A stretch of DNA of 64,000 nucleotides from the NCBI GenBank assembly GCA_028712125.1, contig JAQTQS010000002.1:1417-65416 (forward strand). The letters are read 5' to 3'. How positions within the stretch are numbered: the stretch's first letter is position 1; each line of letters begins with the position of its first letter. This DNA comes from Candidatus Altiarchaeota archaeon (lineage in GTDB: Archaea; Altiarchaeota; Altiarchaeia; IMC4; SCGC-AAA252-I15). The position numbers and the translations under genes were made by a program. The notes under the pieces were generated by a model, which had not been told where the DNA came from, did no database searches, and saw only the letters and a list, made by a program, of their open reading frames with translations. Below, piece by piece: positions 52,321 to 62,396 of the stretch.

Positions 52321-53637
52321 ATGGACTACGACGTGGCCGTGGTCGGCGGCGGGGTTTCCGGCCTGCTGTCGGCGCTGGCGCTTTCAAAGGAGGGCAAGAA
52401 GGTCGTATTGCTGGAGCGCGAGCCAATGGTCGGCGGCGTGCTGAGGAGCTACAACATAGAAGGCTACCGCGTCGATACAGGGCCGCACATCATAACGAGG
52501 CTTGAGCACGGGCCGCTGAAGCTGCTGATGGACAAGTACTTTGAGGTTACTCCGATTTTCGTTCCTCATGGCCGGTATTTCGTCCGGCTTGGCGGGATGG
52601 TGCGGCCGTTCCCTTGGAATCTGCGGGACTGGCTTTCGTTTGACTTGATTCCGCCGGTCGACCGTCTTTATCTTGTGAAGACGTTGTTCAGCGCGTCTTA
52701 TCTTCTGGGCGAGGAGAGGGATTTGAACAACCTGAGCGTTGCCGAGCTTATCGGCAGCGGCATCAGTCCGGAGACCGGGAGGTTTTTGGACTGCATGTGC
52801 GCGTTCATGACCGGGGGCGGTTCGATGGCCGCAACTCCCGTTGCGCGTTTTATTGATGCCGAGCGTTACAAGAGCATTTCCGAAGGTTACTTGGACAAGC
52901 TTTATAACGTCCTGATGAAGGAGGGCGGCACGGACCAGACTTATCCCAAGACCGGCGTGCAGTCCATCGTTGACTCCATCGTGACGTCCATCGGCGGCAG
53001 GGCGGATTTAAATGTTAACGAGGAGGTGACTGGCATTGACATCGGCGAGAAGTCCGTCGAGCTTTCGACGACGAAGGACAGCTATACGGCCGATTACCTC
53101 GTCTATTCCGGCTTTTCATCCGAGCTGCCGAAGCTTGCCCGCGGCCTGCCCAAGGATTATGCGGCTTTGCTTGGGAGAATCAAGCGAATTAGCTCGATGA
53201 CGGTGTGGCTGGGTTTGAAGAAAAAGGTTTTCATGGAGCAGGGGAGCGAGATTTGGGCCGACTCGCAGCCGTATTCCTGGGTCGTCCCGACGTCGAACTA
53301 CGATCCCGGCCTTGCGCCGAAGGACCATCAACTGGTCGGGTTTGCCTTTAACATGCCCCAGGGTTTTGATTTGGAGCGTGAGAAGCGGCGCGCCTTGGAC
53401 ATGATTTACCAGACGGTGCCCGGCGTGGAGCAGGGCGTGGATTTCACTCACGTGCAGGCTCTTGTTCCCGAGAAGGCGGTGTGGGCTGTCGGCGCGCAGT
53501 TTGCCGACGTCAAGTCCCCGGTCGACCGGCTTTACCTCGTCGGGACCGATACCGAGAAGCGGAGCATGGGTGTCACTCGCGCGTCCTATTCGGTCGTGAA
53601 ACTTCTTTCAAAACTGGAGGATGACAAGAAGATTTAG
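52321..53637 (+). CDS. FAD-dependent oxidoreductase, phytoene desaturase / amine oxidase family
   Basis: YDVAVVGGGVSGLLSALALSKEGKKVVLLEREPMVGG dinucleotide-binding fold. ATG at 52321; the track start at 52315 is a GTG. Confidence 0.8.
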   Translation: MDYDVAVVGGGVSGLLSALALSKEGKKVVLLEREPMVGGVLRSYNIEGYRVDTGPHIITRLEHGPLKLLMDKYFEVTPIFVPHGRYFVRLGGMVRPFPWNLRDWLSFDLIPPVDRLYLVKTLFSASYLLGEERDLNNLSVAELIGSGISPETGRFLDCMCAFMTGGGSMAATPVARFIDAERYKSISEGYLDKLYNVLMKEGGTDQTYPKTGVQSIVDSIVTSIGGRADLNVNEEVTGIDIGEKSVELSTTKDSYTADYLVYSGFSSELPKLARGLPKDYAALLGRIKRISSMTVWLGLKKKVFMEQGSEIWADSQPYSWVVPTSNYDPGLAPKDHQLVGFAFNMPQGFDLEREKRRALDMIYQTVPGVEQGVDFTHVQALVPEKAVWAVGAQFADVKSPVDRLYLVGTDTEKRSMGVTRASYSVVKLLSKLEDDKKI

Positions 53638-55711
53638 CGTCCGGCTTCTAGCCGCGGTGGGTGTGTTGATGCTGCTTTCGGCGGCCGCTTCGGCTTACGA
53701 ACCCGACTATATGACATTCGTGTGGAAGGCCAATATGAGCGAGGTCGTGAGCGGTTTTGACGCGGCCGACATCAACGGGGACGGCGCGCTTGAGCTGCTG
53801 GTGAGCTCGTCTGCCGAGGGGATGGTCTACGCATTTGGGACGTCGGGCGAGATATTGTGGAAGTACGGCGTTCCAGGCTATGTCAATTTCGTGCGGGGCG
53901 CGGATTTGGACGGCGACGGGAGGAGCGAGGTATTGACCGGCAGCAGCAGCCACCTCTACGTCCTTAATTCATCGGGCGGCCTTTTGTGGAAGTATTACAC
54001 CGAGAGCGAGGCGGTCGAGAACGCAGTGGCGGTCGACGTCAACGGCGACGGCCTTAAGGAGGTGTTGTTCAGCACGAATGCCGACTCGTGCGGCGGGAAT
54101 AATCTGTACGCCATACACCCGGAAACCGCCGATAAGGTGTGGACTTACCACGCCGGCTATTACTACCCCAACGTCTTCAAGGTCATCAACTCGAGCCGCG
54201 GCCCTCTCATAGTATTGGGGACGGTAATGGCTCCGGTCAGCGGGGCCGGCTGCATCCCTGTTGAGCAGAAGAATGCTGAGGTTATCGCGCTCAATCTGGA
54301 CGGCAGCGTCGCATGGATTTTCAACACGACCGCCGGCGTCCTTGACATGCAGGCCGGCGACCTTGACGGCGGCGGGGGTGACGAGCTGGCGCTCGCCATG
54401 ATACCTCTTGTCGTGATAATTGACAATAATGGGAGATTGCGATGGCTTGAGGACATGGGCGACGATGTCGACTCCGTGGCCTTCGCGCGCATGAAGGACG
54501 GCACCAGCAGCGTACTCGCCGGAACCTACAAGGCGTTCCTGTTCGACTCAACCGGCAATGAGAAGAACATGCTTGGCACCACGGACCGGGCGTACTCGGT
54601 CGCGGCCGCGGCCTTGAACGCCGACGGCGATTCCGAGCTCATCATCGGCTCGGAAAGGGTGTACGTATACGACTCGTCCCGCAGCCTCCTTTGGAACTCC
54701 ACAAGGTTCGGCTATGTCGGACGCATAATAACCGGGAATTTCGACAGTACGCCCGACATAGAGGTCGCAGTCAGCGCAGGCAAGCAGGTGATGCTGTTAA
54801 AGCCGGGCATCCGGGCGAAACTCCAGGAGGCCGACGCCTATTACAGCCGCGCCAGGCAGTATTACAGCAGCGGCCAGTACACCCTCGCATTGGACTACGC
54901 CGGCCGGGCGAAGGAGATATACTACCGCTTCGAAAAGGATGACGACGCGCGGAGGGTTCTTTCGCTCATAGCCATAATCGACGCGAAGGTCAACTCGACC
55001 TACGTGCTGTCAAGGGAGGCCGACGTCTTCTACAGCCAGGCCCTTGACGCCTACACCACCGGCGACTTCATCAACGCATCGCTGGCCGCGCAGACCGCAA
55101 GGGCGAAGTACGAGTTCATACGCAACGACGCAGGACAAAACGCGAGCGATTTCATACTCATCAAGTCCCGCCTGCTCATGGACATGAACGCCTCGATAAG
55201 CAGCGAACTCGCCTTCAAAGCCTATGCCGACGGGGACTATGACGCCGCAATCGAATACGCAAACACAGCAAAGACATTCTACATCGTCCTGCACAACAGC
55301 ACCCAGGCGAATACCATGGACGAGCTCGCGAAGGCCGCCGAATACGCCAAACCACAGCCAATCACCGACAAGATATACGGCATCCTCGACAACCCTACAA
55401 TCAGAAAACTCCTAAGCCCGTCCGAAAACAAGGCCGTGAACACCGGAATCAGGCTCGTCTACGTCCTACTGCTCGGATTCCTACTGACGCTCCTCATATC
55501 CATCGCGGGCCGGCTCATCTCCTACATACGAATCGCCCTAAAGAAGGAGAAGCTTGACCTCAACGCAATCAAACCCGCCGACGGCGGCATGCCTGACGCT
55601 GCGGAGGCCATCCATGCAGCCCACGCGAAACAGGCCTCGTTCACATTAGTATTCATGCTCGTCATGCTCCTGCTCGTATTCCTGACAATAGCCTACATTG
55701 CATTGCGCTAA
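53621..55711 (+). CDS. Secreted FG-GAP/VCBS-repeat beta-propeller protein with helical-repeat region and C-terminal TM anchors
   Basis: Signal peptide (LLAAVGVLMLLSAAASA). Ca-binding-like repeats DINGDGALELLV, DLDGDGRSEVL, DVNGDGLKEVLF, DLDGGGGDELAL, LNADGDSELIIG. Three TPR-like Y/A-rich repeats. Two C-terminal hydrophobic helices. Confidence 0.8.
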   Translation: MTRRFSVRLLAAVGVLMLLSAAASAYEPDYMTFVWKANMSEVVSGFDAADINGDGALELLVSSSAEGMVYAFGTSGEILWKYGVPGYVNFVRGADLDGDGRSEVLTGSSSHLYVLNSSGGLLWKYYTESEAVENAVAVDVNGDGLKEVLFSTNADSCGGNNLYAIHPETADKVWTYHAGYYYPNVFKVINSSRGPLIVLGTVMAPVSGAGCIPVEQKNAEVIALNLDGSVAWIFNTTAGVLDMQAGDLDGGGGDELALAMIPLVVIIDNNGRLRWLEDMGDDVDSVAFARMKDGTSSVLAGTYKAFLFDSTGNEKNMLGTTDRAYSVAAAALNADGDSELIIGSERVYVYDSSRSLLWNSTRFGYVGRIITGNFDSTPDIEVAVSAGKQVMLLKPGIRAKLQEADAYYSRARQYYSSGQYTLALDYAGRAKEIYYRFEKDDDARRVLSLIAIIDAKVNSTYVLSREADVFYSQALDAYTTGDFINASLAAQTARAKYEFIRNDAGQNASDFILIKSRLLMDMNASISSELAFKAYADGDYDAAIEYANTAKTFYIVLHNSTQANTMDELAKAAEYAKPQPITDKIYGILDNPTIRKLLSPSENKAVNTGIRLVYVLLLGFLLTLLISIAGRLISYIRIALKKEKLDLNAIKPADGGMPDAAEAIHAAHAKQASFTLVFMLVMLLLVFLTIAYIALR

Positions 55712-55719
55712 AAAGACAA

Positions 55720-55923
55720 ATGAAAGAAAAAAAGCCATTCTTCATACGCGCCGGAAGAACCCTGAGGAAAAGCCCGCCCCTTGCGGCAATAACCGGAATA
55801 ATACTGCTGACAGCATCAATCCTCCTGCTCCAAGAAAAAGGAACACTATTCATAATTGGATTTTGCGCAGGACTACTAGGACTCACAAGCCTGTACATAA
55901 CGATGCTGGGGTTGAGAAGGTAA
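55720..55923 (+). CDS. Small 2-TM membrane protein
   Basis: 67 aa with basic N- and C-termini and two hydrophobic helices; 8 nt after the preceding stop. Confidence 0.4.
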   Translation: MKEKKPFFIRAGRTLRKSPPLAAITGIILLTASILLLQEKGTLFIIGFCAGLLGLTSLYITMLGLRR

Positions 55924-55928
55924 GCTCT

Positions 55929-58565
55929 CTACTCCCTCAGTCTTCTTATTTCCTGTATCCTTTTTATCACCGCGTCCGTGATGTAGATTAATAGCGCGGC
56001 CGCGGCGAGGTATATGTATAGTGGTTTTGTCTCTTCTGTGGTTTTGGTTGATAGTCTTTTCATTTGTTGTGCGATGTCTTGTTCGAGGGCGTTTAGTTCT
56101 TCCTGGTGGATGAGTCGGCCGTTGGCTGCTCGTGCGATGGTTGAGAGTTCGTCGTAGTTGGGTGTTAGTTTTGAGTATTCTGTCGGGTAGTTTGCTGCGA
56201 TTCCGCTTTGGTCCGAGCCTTGGGGTGTTGTGGCGGTTATGGTGTATGTTCCGGTTTTGTTGGGTTTGAAGGATGCGGCGTATGTGTTTATACCGGTCGC
56301 CTTAGCTTCGAGCTGGATTGTGCTGCCGTCTTTTCCTATGGTTATGGCGGGCCGGACGGGCGCGTCTATTCTTATGGTCGCGGTTTCTCCGAGTGTTGTG
56401 TCTTGTGTTGTTATGCGGACTTTTTTGTTTTTCTCTAGGTCTCCGAGCACCCAGTTTACGGTGGCTGACATGATTTTGCTGTTTCCTTTCTGGTAGAAGC
56501 CGGCCGCCCATTCGTTTCCGTCGTCTGCGGTGTAGGCTGCGGTGCGGCCGAGCCCGAAGTTCCATACCGTGAGTACCGGGTTTCCGGATTTGGTTGCGAG
56601 GAGGAGTTGTGCGGCTGTTTTTTCCTGCACGCGGTTGTAGCCCGTTATCTGGGCTGTGACGTTTATGTTGCGGGTGATGAAGTGGTAGGGGTCGCGGGTG
56701 TCTATAGCGTAGGAGCCGGGCGTTTCCTCTTCGAGGCCGCGGCCGAATTCTATGTTGATGCGCTGGTAGCCTTCGGGTTTGAAGTATACTCCTTTTCCGG
56801 CTTTTGCGAGCTCTTCCATGAAGGTTTCGTCGGTGTCAAATCCCACTCCTACGGTGTATACCTTGATTCCTTCGGCTCCGAGCTGTCTCGCTTTTTCTAT
56901 GGTTTCGGGTATCCTTGCGGTGCGTATCACCCCGTCTGAGAGTATTATGACGTATTTGTTGACTGCGTAGTATTTGAGCTGGTTTTCGGCGGTTTCAAGC
57001 GATGTCATCATGTCGGTGCCTCCGCCGAATTTGAGCTTGACTATGGTGTCTTCTATGGAGAGCCTGCGCTCGCCGAGCCGGCCGAGGGATGCTATCGGGT
57101 AGGGTGCGGTGTTGAAGGCTATGATGCCGACCGAGTCGTTGGTTTCGAGGCTGCGCAGTATCTTGATTGCAAGCGCCTTTTCGAAGTCTATTTTCGGGGT
57201 AAGACGGTAGTCCTGTGAAAGGCCGTATTCGGTGCTGCCTGATATGTCTATGAGGACCATTACGGCTATCTTCTTCCTTCTTTCGACCGGTTTTTCCATT
57301 GAGAGGACCGGCAGTAGTGATTCAAACCGGCTGTTGTTGTAGTTCCCAAAGTCGTATGAGTTCCTTCCGCCGATTGCGATGAGTCCGTTTCCGTTGAGCG
57401 TGTATTCCCTGAGTTTTTCGACTGTTTGATGGCTTATGGTGTTGGCGTTCACGTCGTCGAGGATTACCACGTCGTAGTCTTCGGGGTCTGTGACGCGGTC
57501 GGCCGGCGTCACGTCGTAGAGTTCGTCGAGCATGCTTCTGAAGGGCGATTCGGTCTTGTTTGTGACCAGCAGTATCGTCGGCTTGTCGACGACTTCGACG
57601 GTCTTGTACAGCGCGTCGTTTGCCTTGATGCCGCCTGCCTGCGTTATCTCTGCCGTGATTGTGTGAATGCCTTCGCCGTTGAATGCGAATTTCGCGGGGA
57701 TTGTCTTTAGGGTTGTGTTCTGCGAGAGCTGCATTTCAGTTATCTTAACGCCGTCTGCGTACAGCGTCAGCTTGTATCCTGTGGGGTGGGGTGCGCTCGA
57801 GGCTATGTCTATCTCCGCCTGGTAGTCATGCGGGGTCGTGACCTTCGGGTCTCCCCGTATCGCGGAGACGTATACGTCTTTGTATTCCGGCTGGAGGGCG
57901 ATGGCGTAGATGGTGGCGTTCGCCCGTCCTAGCTGGCGTGCGACGTCCGCCGGGTTCCTTCCGTAGTTGTTGTTGCCGTCGGAAAGGAGGATTATGAAGC
58001 TGTTGTCGTTGATTGTTGTGATGAGCCGGTATAGTTCGTCTCCGAGCTGTGTTTTTTCGCCCGCTTCGGTTGCTTCGATGGTTATCTTCTCCGATGCCTG
58101 TGTGGCGTTGTGCACCATGCCTGAAAGCCCGGTTTTGAAACTGATTGCAAGCTGCTCGGTCTGGTTGCCGTAGACTACCATGCTGGGCGACTGGTCTATG
58201 ACTATCCTCACCGACGGCATTTCCTGCACGTCGGTCTTGCTTTCATGCAGCACCGGGTATGCCATGGCGAGGACTAGCAATGTTATGATCGTTGCTCGTG
58301 TCAGCAGGAAGGCGGCGTTTTTTCTTATATTCCCGCCCCTGCGAACGTACCACAGCAGGATGAGCAGCAGTACGGGGAGGGCTGCGAGGGCGGTTGGGTT
58401 GCCGAACCTTATGCTGAGGAGCATGTTTATGGCCTCCGTGAGGCCGCTTTTCGCCGCAGCCGACAGGGTTGTCGTCGTCTGGGCCAGTGTCGTCGTCGCC
58501 TCGGCTATAGTGGTCGTCGCCTGCAGGCCGATGTCGGCGGTTTCGTTGATTATGGGGTTTGTCAT
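55929..58565 (-). CDS. BatA/BatB-like membrane protein with two vWA domains
   Basis: Start at MTNPIINE (complement of 58563-58565, ATGA overlap with the upstream gene). The 140 upstream codons of the track ORF overlap that gene. Bat-type N-terminal double-TM (IRFGNPTALAALPVLLLILLWYVRR), MIDAS motifs VIDQSPSM and LIDISGSTE, C-terminal TM. Confidence 0.85.
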   Translation of the reverse strand: MTNPIINETADIGLQATTTIAEATTTLAQTTTTLSAAAKSGLTEAINMLLSIRFGNPTALAALPVLLLILLWYVRRGGNIRKNAAFLLTRATIITLLVLAMAYPVLHESKTDVQEMPSVRIVIDQSPSMVVYGNQTEQLAISFKTGLSGMVHNATQASEKITIEATEAGEKTQLGDELYRLITTINDNSFIILLSDGNNNYGRNPADVARQLGRANATIYAIALQPEYKDVYVSAIRGDPKVTTPHDYQAEIDIASSAPHPTGYKLTLYADGVKITEMQLSQNTTLKTIPAKFAFNGEGIHTITAEITQAGGIKANDALYKTVEVVDKPTILLVTNKTESPFRSMLDELYDVTPADRVTDPEDYDVVILDDVNANTISHQTVEKLREYTLNGNGLIAIGGRNSYDFGNYNNSRFESLLPVLSMEKPVERRKKIAVMVLIDISGSTEYGLSQDYRLTPKIDFEKALAIKILRSLETNDSVGIIAFNTAPYPIASLGRLGERRLSIEDTIVKLKFGGGTDMMTSLETAENQLKYYAVNKYVIILSDGVIRTARIPETIEKARQLGAEGIKVYTVGVGFDTDETFMEELAKAGKGVYFKPEGYQRINIEFGRGLEEETPGSYAIDTRDPYHFITRNINVTAQITGYNRVQEKTAAQLLLATKSGNPVLTVWNFGLGRTAAYTADDGNEWAAGFYQKGNSKIMSATVNWVLGDLEKNKKVRITTQDTTLGETATIRIDAPVRPAITIGKDGSTIQLEAKATGINTYAASFKPNKTGTYTITATTPQGSDQSGIAANYPTEYSKLTPNYDELSTIARAANGRLIHQEELNALEQDIAQQMKRLSTKTTEETKPLYIYLAAAALLIYITDAVIKRIQEIRRLRE

Positions 58566-60493
58566 AGCCTGCCCCTCCTGCGGTATACGTACATCTCGGC
58601 GAATAGCAGTGCGAGCGCGAGCGCGATGATATACGCCATCAACTCCTCCCTCGTCTTCTTTTCCTGCTCTGCCGGCGGGATGAATGCTTCCTTGTCCTGG
58701 TAAGCCGTCCTGATGTCGGACTCGTCTTCGTCTTCGAGGTTTACCGCTACGCGGTCGTTTGTCTCCGGCGTGTTTATGCTGTAGAAGCCCGTCCGGTCGA
58801 GGAATATGCTTTTGGAGCGCGTTGTCTTGCCCTCCGGGTTTGTGACGTCCGCTTCGGATTGTAGTATTATGTACCCTCCGGTCTTGTGGTTGAGGTTCTT
58901 GATTGCGCCTTCCCGCCTGTTTATGTACTCTATCAACTGGGCCCAGAATATCGGGAAGGATGAGCTGTATTGGAAAGAGCTCCATTCGTTCGCGGGGTTG
59001 ATTCCCATGTAGACGACCTTTCCCTTGCCAACGTTCCAGTATGCTATGAGGGGGTTGCCTTCGGTTTCGGCGATGACTGTCGCATTATCCTTGGCTTCTG
59101 CGGTATAGTAGCGTTTTACCGCCGTGTTGGCGAGCGAGACGTCGTTGAGGATTTCATGGCTGCTGGTGCTTACCGCCCTTTCAAGGCTTACGAGCTCCTT
59201 CAGCCTTACCGGCAGTAAGCCTTTCAGGTTCTCGTCTTCCATGGCCGAGAGTTCCGGCGAGGCTATGACGATGAGAGTTTTCCCGGATTCCACGTAGTTC
59301 TTGATGTCCCGGAACGTGCCCGGCAGTATGCTGTCCGCCTTGACCTGGCCGATTATCACGCTGTCGTACTCGGGGAGCGAGGGCAGTACCGGCGGCTCGG
59401 CAGTCCGTATCCTGTTGTTGGTCTGCGCTTCGAGCGCGTATACCGTGTATCTGTCGGCATCCTTGCCCGTCAGTATCATTGTGTTGTAGCTTCTCAGCTC
59501 CGGCACGACGGCGTACGCCTTGTCGTCCGCTGGCAGGGCGCCCGCTCCCGAAAGCTCGACGGTTATAAGCTGCGGGTCCTGGCTTATCGTGTAGTTCACG
59601 TAGAACAGTTCCTCAGCCATCGGTTTCAGTACGCTGCTCTGCGTCGAGGCGAGTATGTTGTTGACGTATATGCGCCGGGTTATCTCCCTGCTTTCCGCGT
59701 CAAGGCTCCGGAGCTTGTATGTCATGTAGAGTATGTTCCGGTTCATTGACGCGCGCCTTGCGTCTATCTCGGTTATCCCGGCGTTGGACGCTCCGTCGTT
59801 CAGGGCGATATACCGCACGTCTATTCCGTTGAGCAGGAGCACTTTACGCGCGGCAAGCGGGTCGCTCTCGCTCTTCGCGAAGTCCGAGAAGAGGTAGGCC
59901 GTCTTTTTCAGTGGGCTTGAGGAAAGCAGGTCTCGGGCGAGCAGCATCGCGTCGCCGGTATTCGACGGCGTGTCTCCGCAGTTGATGCGGCCGAGGAGTT
60001 CCAGAGCCCGCGTCTTGCTGCCGCCGGATAGTACTGTTATCGGTATGTTCTCGGCGAGTATTATGCTTATCGCGCTTCCGTCGCCTGCGTAGGACACTAC
60101 TTCCCTCGCGCCAGCGACCGCCGCTTCGAACCTGCTTGGCGCAACGTCCGTCGCCTTCATGCTGGCTGAGGCGTCTATGACGAGGGCTATGGCCGTATTC
60201 TCAGTCGTCGTGCGCTCCTTGTCGAAGTACGGGTTTGCCATTGCTATGGCAAGTAGTGCGATGAGCAGGATTTGCATGAGGAGCAGCGGGTCCCTGATGA
60301 ACCGGTTGAGGATGGAGCTGAAGCGCCTTGAGTTTTCAGCGTTTTTGATGAAGCGGACGGTCGGGAACTTTATCCTCTTCGGTTTCGGCTTGAGGAGGTA
60401 GAGTATTATGAGCGGTATTACCAGCGCGATAGCTGCGAGCGCTGCCTCGTTGATGAAGCCGTTAGGCGTCGGAATGCTTGCCGGCAGGGCCAT
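58562..60493 (-). CDS. BatA-like membrane protein with vWA domain
   Basis: N-terminal double-TM (FINEAALAAIALVIPLIILYLLKPKPK), MIDAS ALVIDASASMKA, C-terminal TM (LMAYIIALALALLFAEMYVY). Confidence 0.85.
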   Translation of the reverse strand: MALPASIPTPNGFINEAALAAIALVIPLIILYLLKPKPKRIKFPTVRFIKNAENSRRFSSILNRFIRDPLLLMQILLIALLAIAMANPYFDKERTTTENTAIALVIDASASMKATDVAPSRFEAAVAGAREVVSYAGDGSAISIILAENIPITVLSGGSKTRALELLGRINCGDTPSNTGDAMLLARDLLSSSPLKKTAYLFSDFAKSESDPLAARKVLLLNGIDVRYIALNDGASNAGITEIDARRASMNRNILYMTYKLRSLDAESREITRRIYVNNILASTQSSVLKPMAEELFYVNYTISQDPQLITVELSGAGALPADDKAYAVVPELRSYNTMILTGKDADRYTVYALEAQTNNRIRTAEPPVLPSLPEYDSVIIGQVKADSILPGTFRDIKNYVESGKTLIVIASPELSAMEDENLKGLLPVRLKELVSLERAVSTSSHEILNDVSLANTAVKRYYTAEAKDNATVIAETEGNPLIAYWNVGKGKVVYMGINPANEWSSFQYSSSFPIFWAQLIEYINRREGAIKNLNHKTGGYIILQSEADVTNPEGKTTRSKSIFLDRTGFYSINTPETNDRVAVNLEDEDESDIRTAYQDKEAFIPPAEQEKKTREELMAYIIALALALLFAEMYVYRRRGRL

Positions 60494-61372
60494 TTATTTT
60501 CCTCTCTCTATCCCCCCCACTAGGCTGACGAACGAGTCGAGTATCGGTTTTTCGGTCGTCACGAGGTTGTATGATACGCCGATTTCGTTGCATACTTGCT
60601 GGAGGCGCATGACGTGGTCTTGGACCTGGCGCCCGTATTCAACCTTGAAGTTCGGGGACAGGTACGTCCTGCGCTTCTCCTCCGTCTCCAAGTCTTCGAA
60701 CAGTATGTCGTCTGTCCACGGCAGCTTGAGTTCGGCGGGGTCCAGGACCTGTATGGCTATCAACTCCTTCGAAGCCTTTGCCATGCGGTATATGCCGTTC
60801 CTTAGCTGGTCGACAGGCTCTAGGAAGTCGGATATGATGACTGCGAGCGACTTGGATTTTATCATCTTGACGTACTGGTTGGCCGAATTTGAAAGGCTCG
60901 TCCCGCGCTCGAGCTGGAGCCTGTTCATCAGGTCTATCGTCTCAAAAAGCCTTTTCTTGCTCTTGTCCGGCTCGACGACCTCCATAAGGCCGCCTGAGAA
61001 TAGCGCTGTCGCGAACTTTTCGTTGGAGTGCACCGAAAGGTAGCCGAAGGCGGCTGCTATGCTCCCGGCATAGTCGAACTTCCGGATGCCGGTCGTCGAA
61101 AAGTCCATGCTGGAGCTTGCGTCCACGAGAAGGTGGAGTATCATGCTCTTCTCCTCCTCGAACCTTCTGATGTGCAGCCGCTCGGTCCTGCCGTAGAGCT
61201 TCCAGTCTATCAGCCGAAAGTCGTCGCCGTGCATGTACTCCCGGTGGTCGACGGGCTCGATGCCCCGGCCGTACTGGACTGACGACCGGCCGCCGGCGTA
61301 GGCGCTCGATACCCTGCGCTTGAGCACTATGTTCAGCTCCCTGAGCTGGTCTAAAAACGAAGGGTCTATCAT
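60494..61372 (-). CDS. DUF58 protein (MoxR-associated, vWA-like)
   Basis: HREYMHGDDFRLIDWKLYGRTERLHIRRFEEEK is the DUF58 hallmark. Directly abuts the vWA gene. Confidence 0.88.
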   Translation of the reverse strand: MIDPSFLDQLRELNIVLKRRVSSAYAGGRSSVQYGRGIEPVDHREYMHGDDFRLIDWKLYGRTERLHIRRFEEEKSMILHLLVDASSSMDFSTTGIRKFDYAGSIAAAFGYLSVHSNEKFATALFSGGLMEVVEPDKSKKRLFETIDLMNRLQLERGTSLSNSANQYVKMIKSKSLAVIISDFLEPVDQLRNGIYRMAKASKELIAIQVLDPAELKLPWTDDILFEDLETEEKRRTYLSPNFKVEYGRQVQDHVMRLQQVCNEIGVSYNLVTTEKPILDSFVSLVGGIERGK

Positions 61373-61391
61373 CCTATAGCATGGCGTGTAA

Positions 61392-62396
61392 TTACGCCTC
61401 CTTCAGTATCCTCGATATGACATCGTCGGTCTTAACGCCCTTGCGCTCGGACTCGAAGTTGAGTATCAGGCGGTGGCGCAGCACCGGCCGTGCGACGCGC
61501 TCGACGTCCTCCTTGCCGACGTAGTTCCTGCCGTTAATCAGCGCGCGGGCCTTTGCGGCGAGTATCAGGCCGAGCGACGCCCGGGGGCTCGCCCCGTAGT
61601 CCAAAAACTCTTTGGCCATCTTGCTTTCCTCAGGCCTTGTCGCGCCGACTATTCGCAGCACGTATTCCTTTACGTCGTTTGAAATCGGCATCATGCGCGT
61701 AAGCCGCTGGATGTTGACGACCTGGCTTTTCGCGATTACCTTAGAGCACTTTGGCGTGTTTTCGCCTGCGTAGTAGTCTATTATCCTTCCTTCTTCCTCG
61801 CGCGTCGGGTAGGATACGAGTATCTTCATTAGGAACCGGTCAATCTGTGCTTCAGGTAGAGGATAAGTCCCCTCCATCTCTATCGGGTTCTGGGTGGCGA
61901 GCACGAAGAACGGCCTGTCGAGCGGGAACGTCTGGTTGCCTGCGGTGACCTGCCGCTCCTGCATGGCCTCGAGGAGCGCGGACTGCGCTTTGGGGGTCGC
62001 CCTGTTTATCTCGTCGGCCAAAAGGATGTTCGTGAACACCGGACCTTCCTCGAAGCGGAAGCATTTTTTCCCGTCTGTCGTTTCCTCTATCACGTGCGTC
62101 CCGGTAACGTCAGACGGCATGAGGTCGGGCGTGCACTGTAGGCGGCGGAACTTCATGTCCATGATGTCCGCTATCGTCCTGACCATAAGGGTCTTCCCAA
62201 GGCCCGGGAAGCCTTCAAGCAGGGCGTGGCTGTCGGTGTATATGGCTATCAGGATTTGCTCGAGCACATCATCCTGCCCCGCCACGACCTTCCTTGTCTC
62301 CCCGAGAATCTTCTTGTAAGAGTCTCCCAATGACGCGTACACTTCCTTGAGGTTTTTCAGCTCCTCTCTTGTTATTCCCTTATCCGTGTCCATCAT
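61392..62396 (-). CDS. moxR: MoxR-family AAA+ ATPase
   Basis: Walker [12 protein letters not shown], Walker B [35 protein letters not shown]-type sensor region. Confidence 0.93.
   Translation of the reverse strand: [334 protein letters not shown]

Noticed and set aside
58566-58985. 140-codon N-terminal extension of the double-vWA ORF; similar extensions of the fni (29357-29488), AcnX small subunit (44787-44933) and OB-fold (14099-14212) ORFs
   Set aside because: The extensions overlap the upstream genes, are Arg/Gln/His-rich, and precede internal Met codons that give canonical N-termini and ATGA-type junctions.
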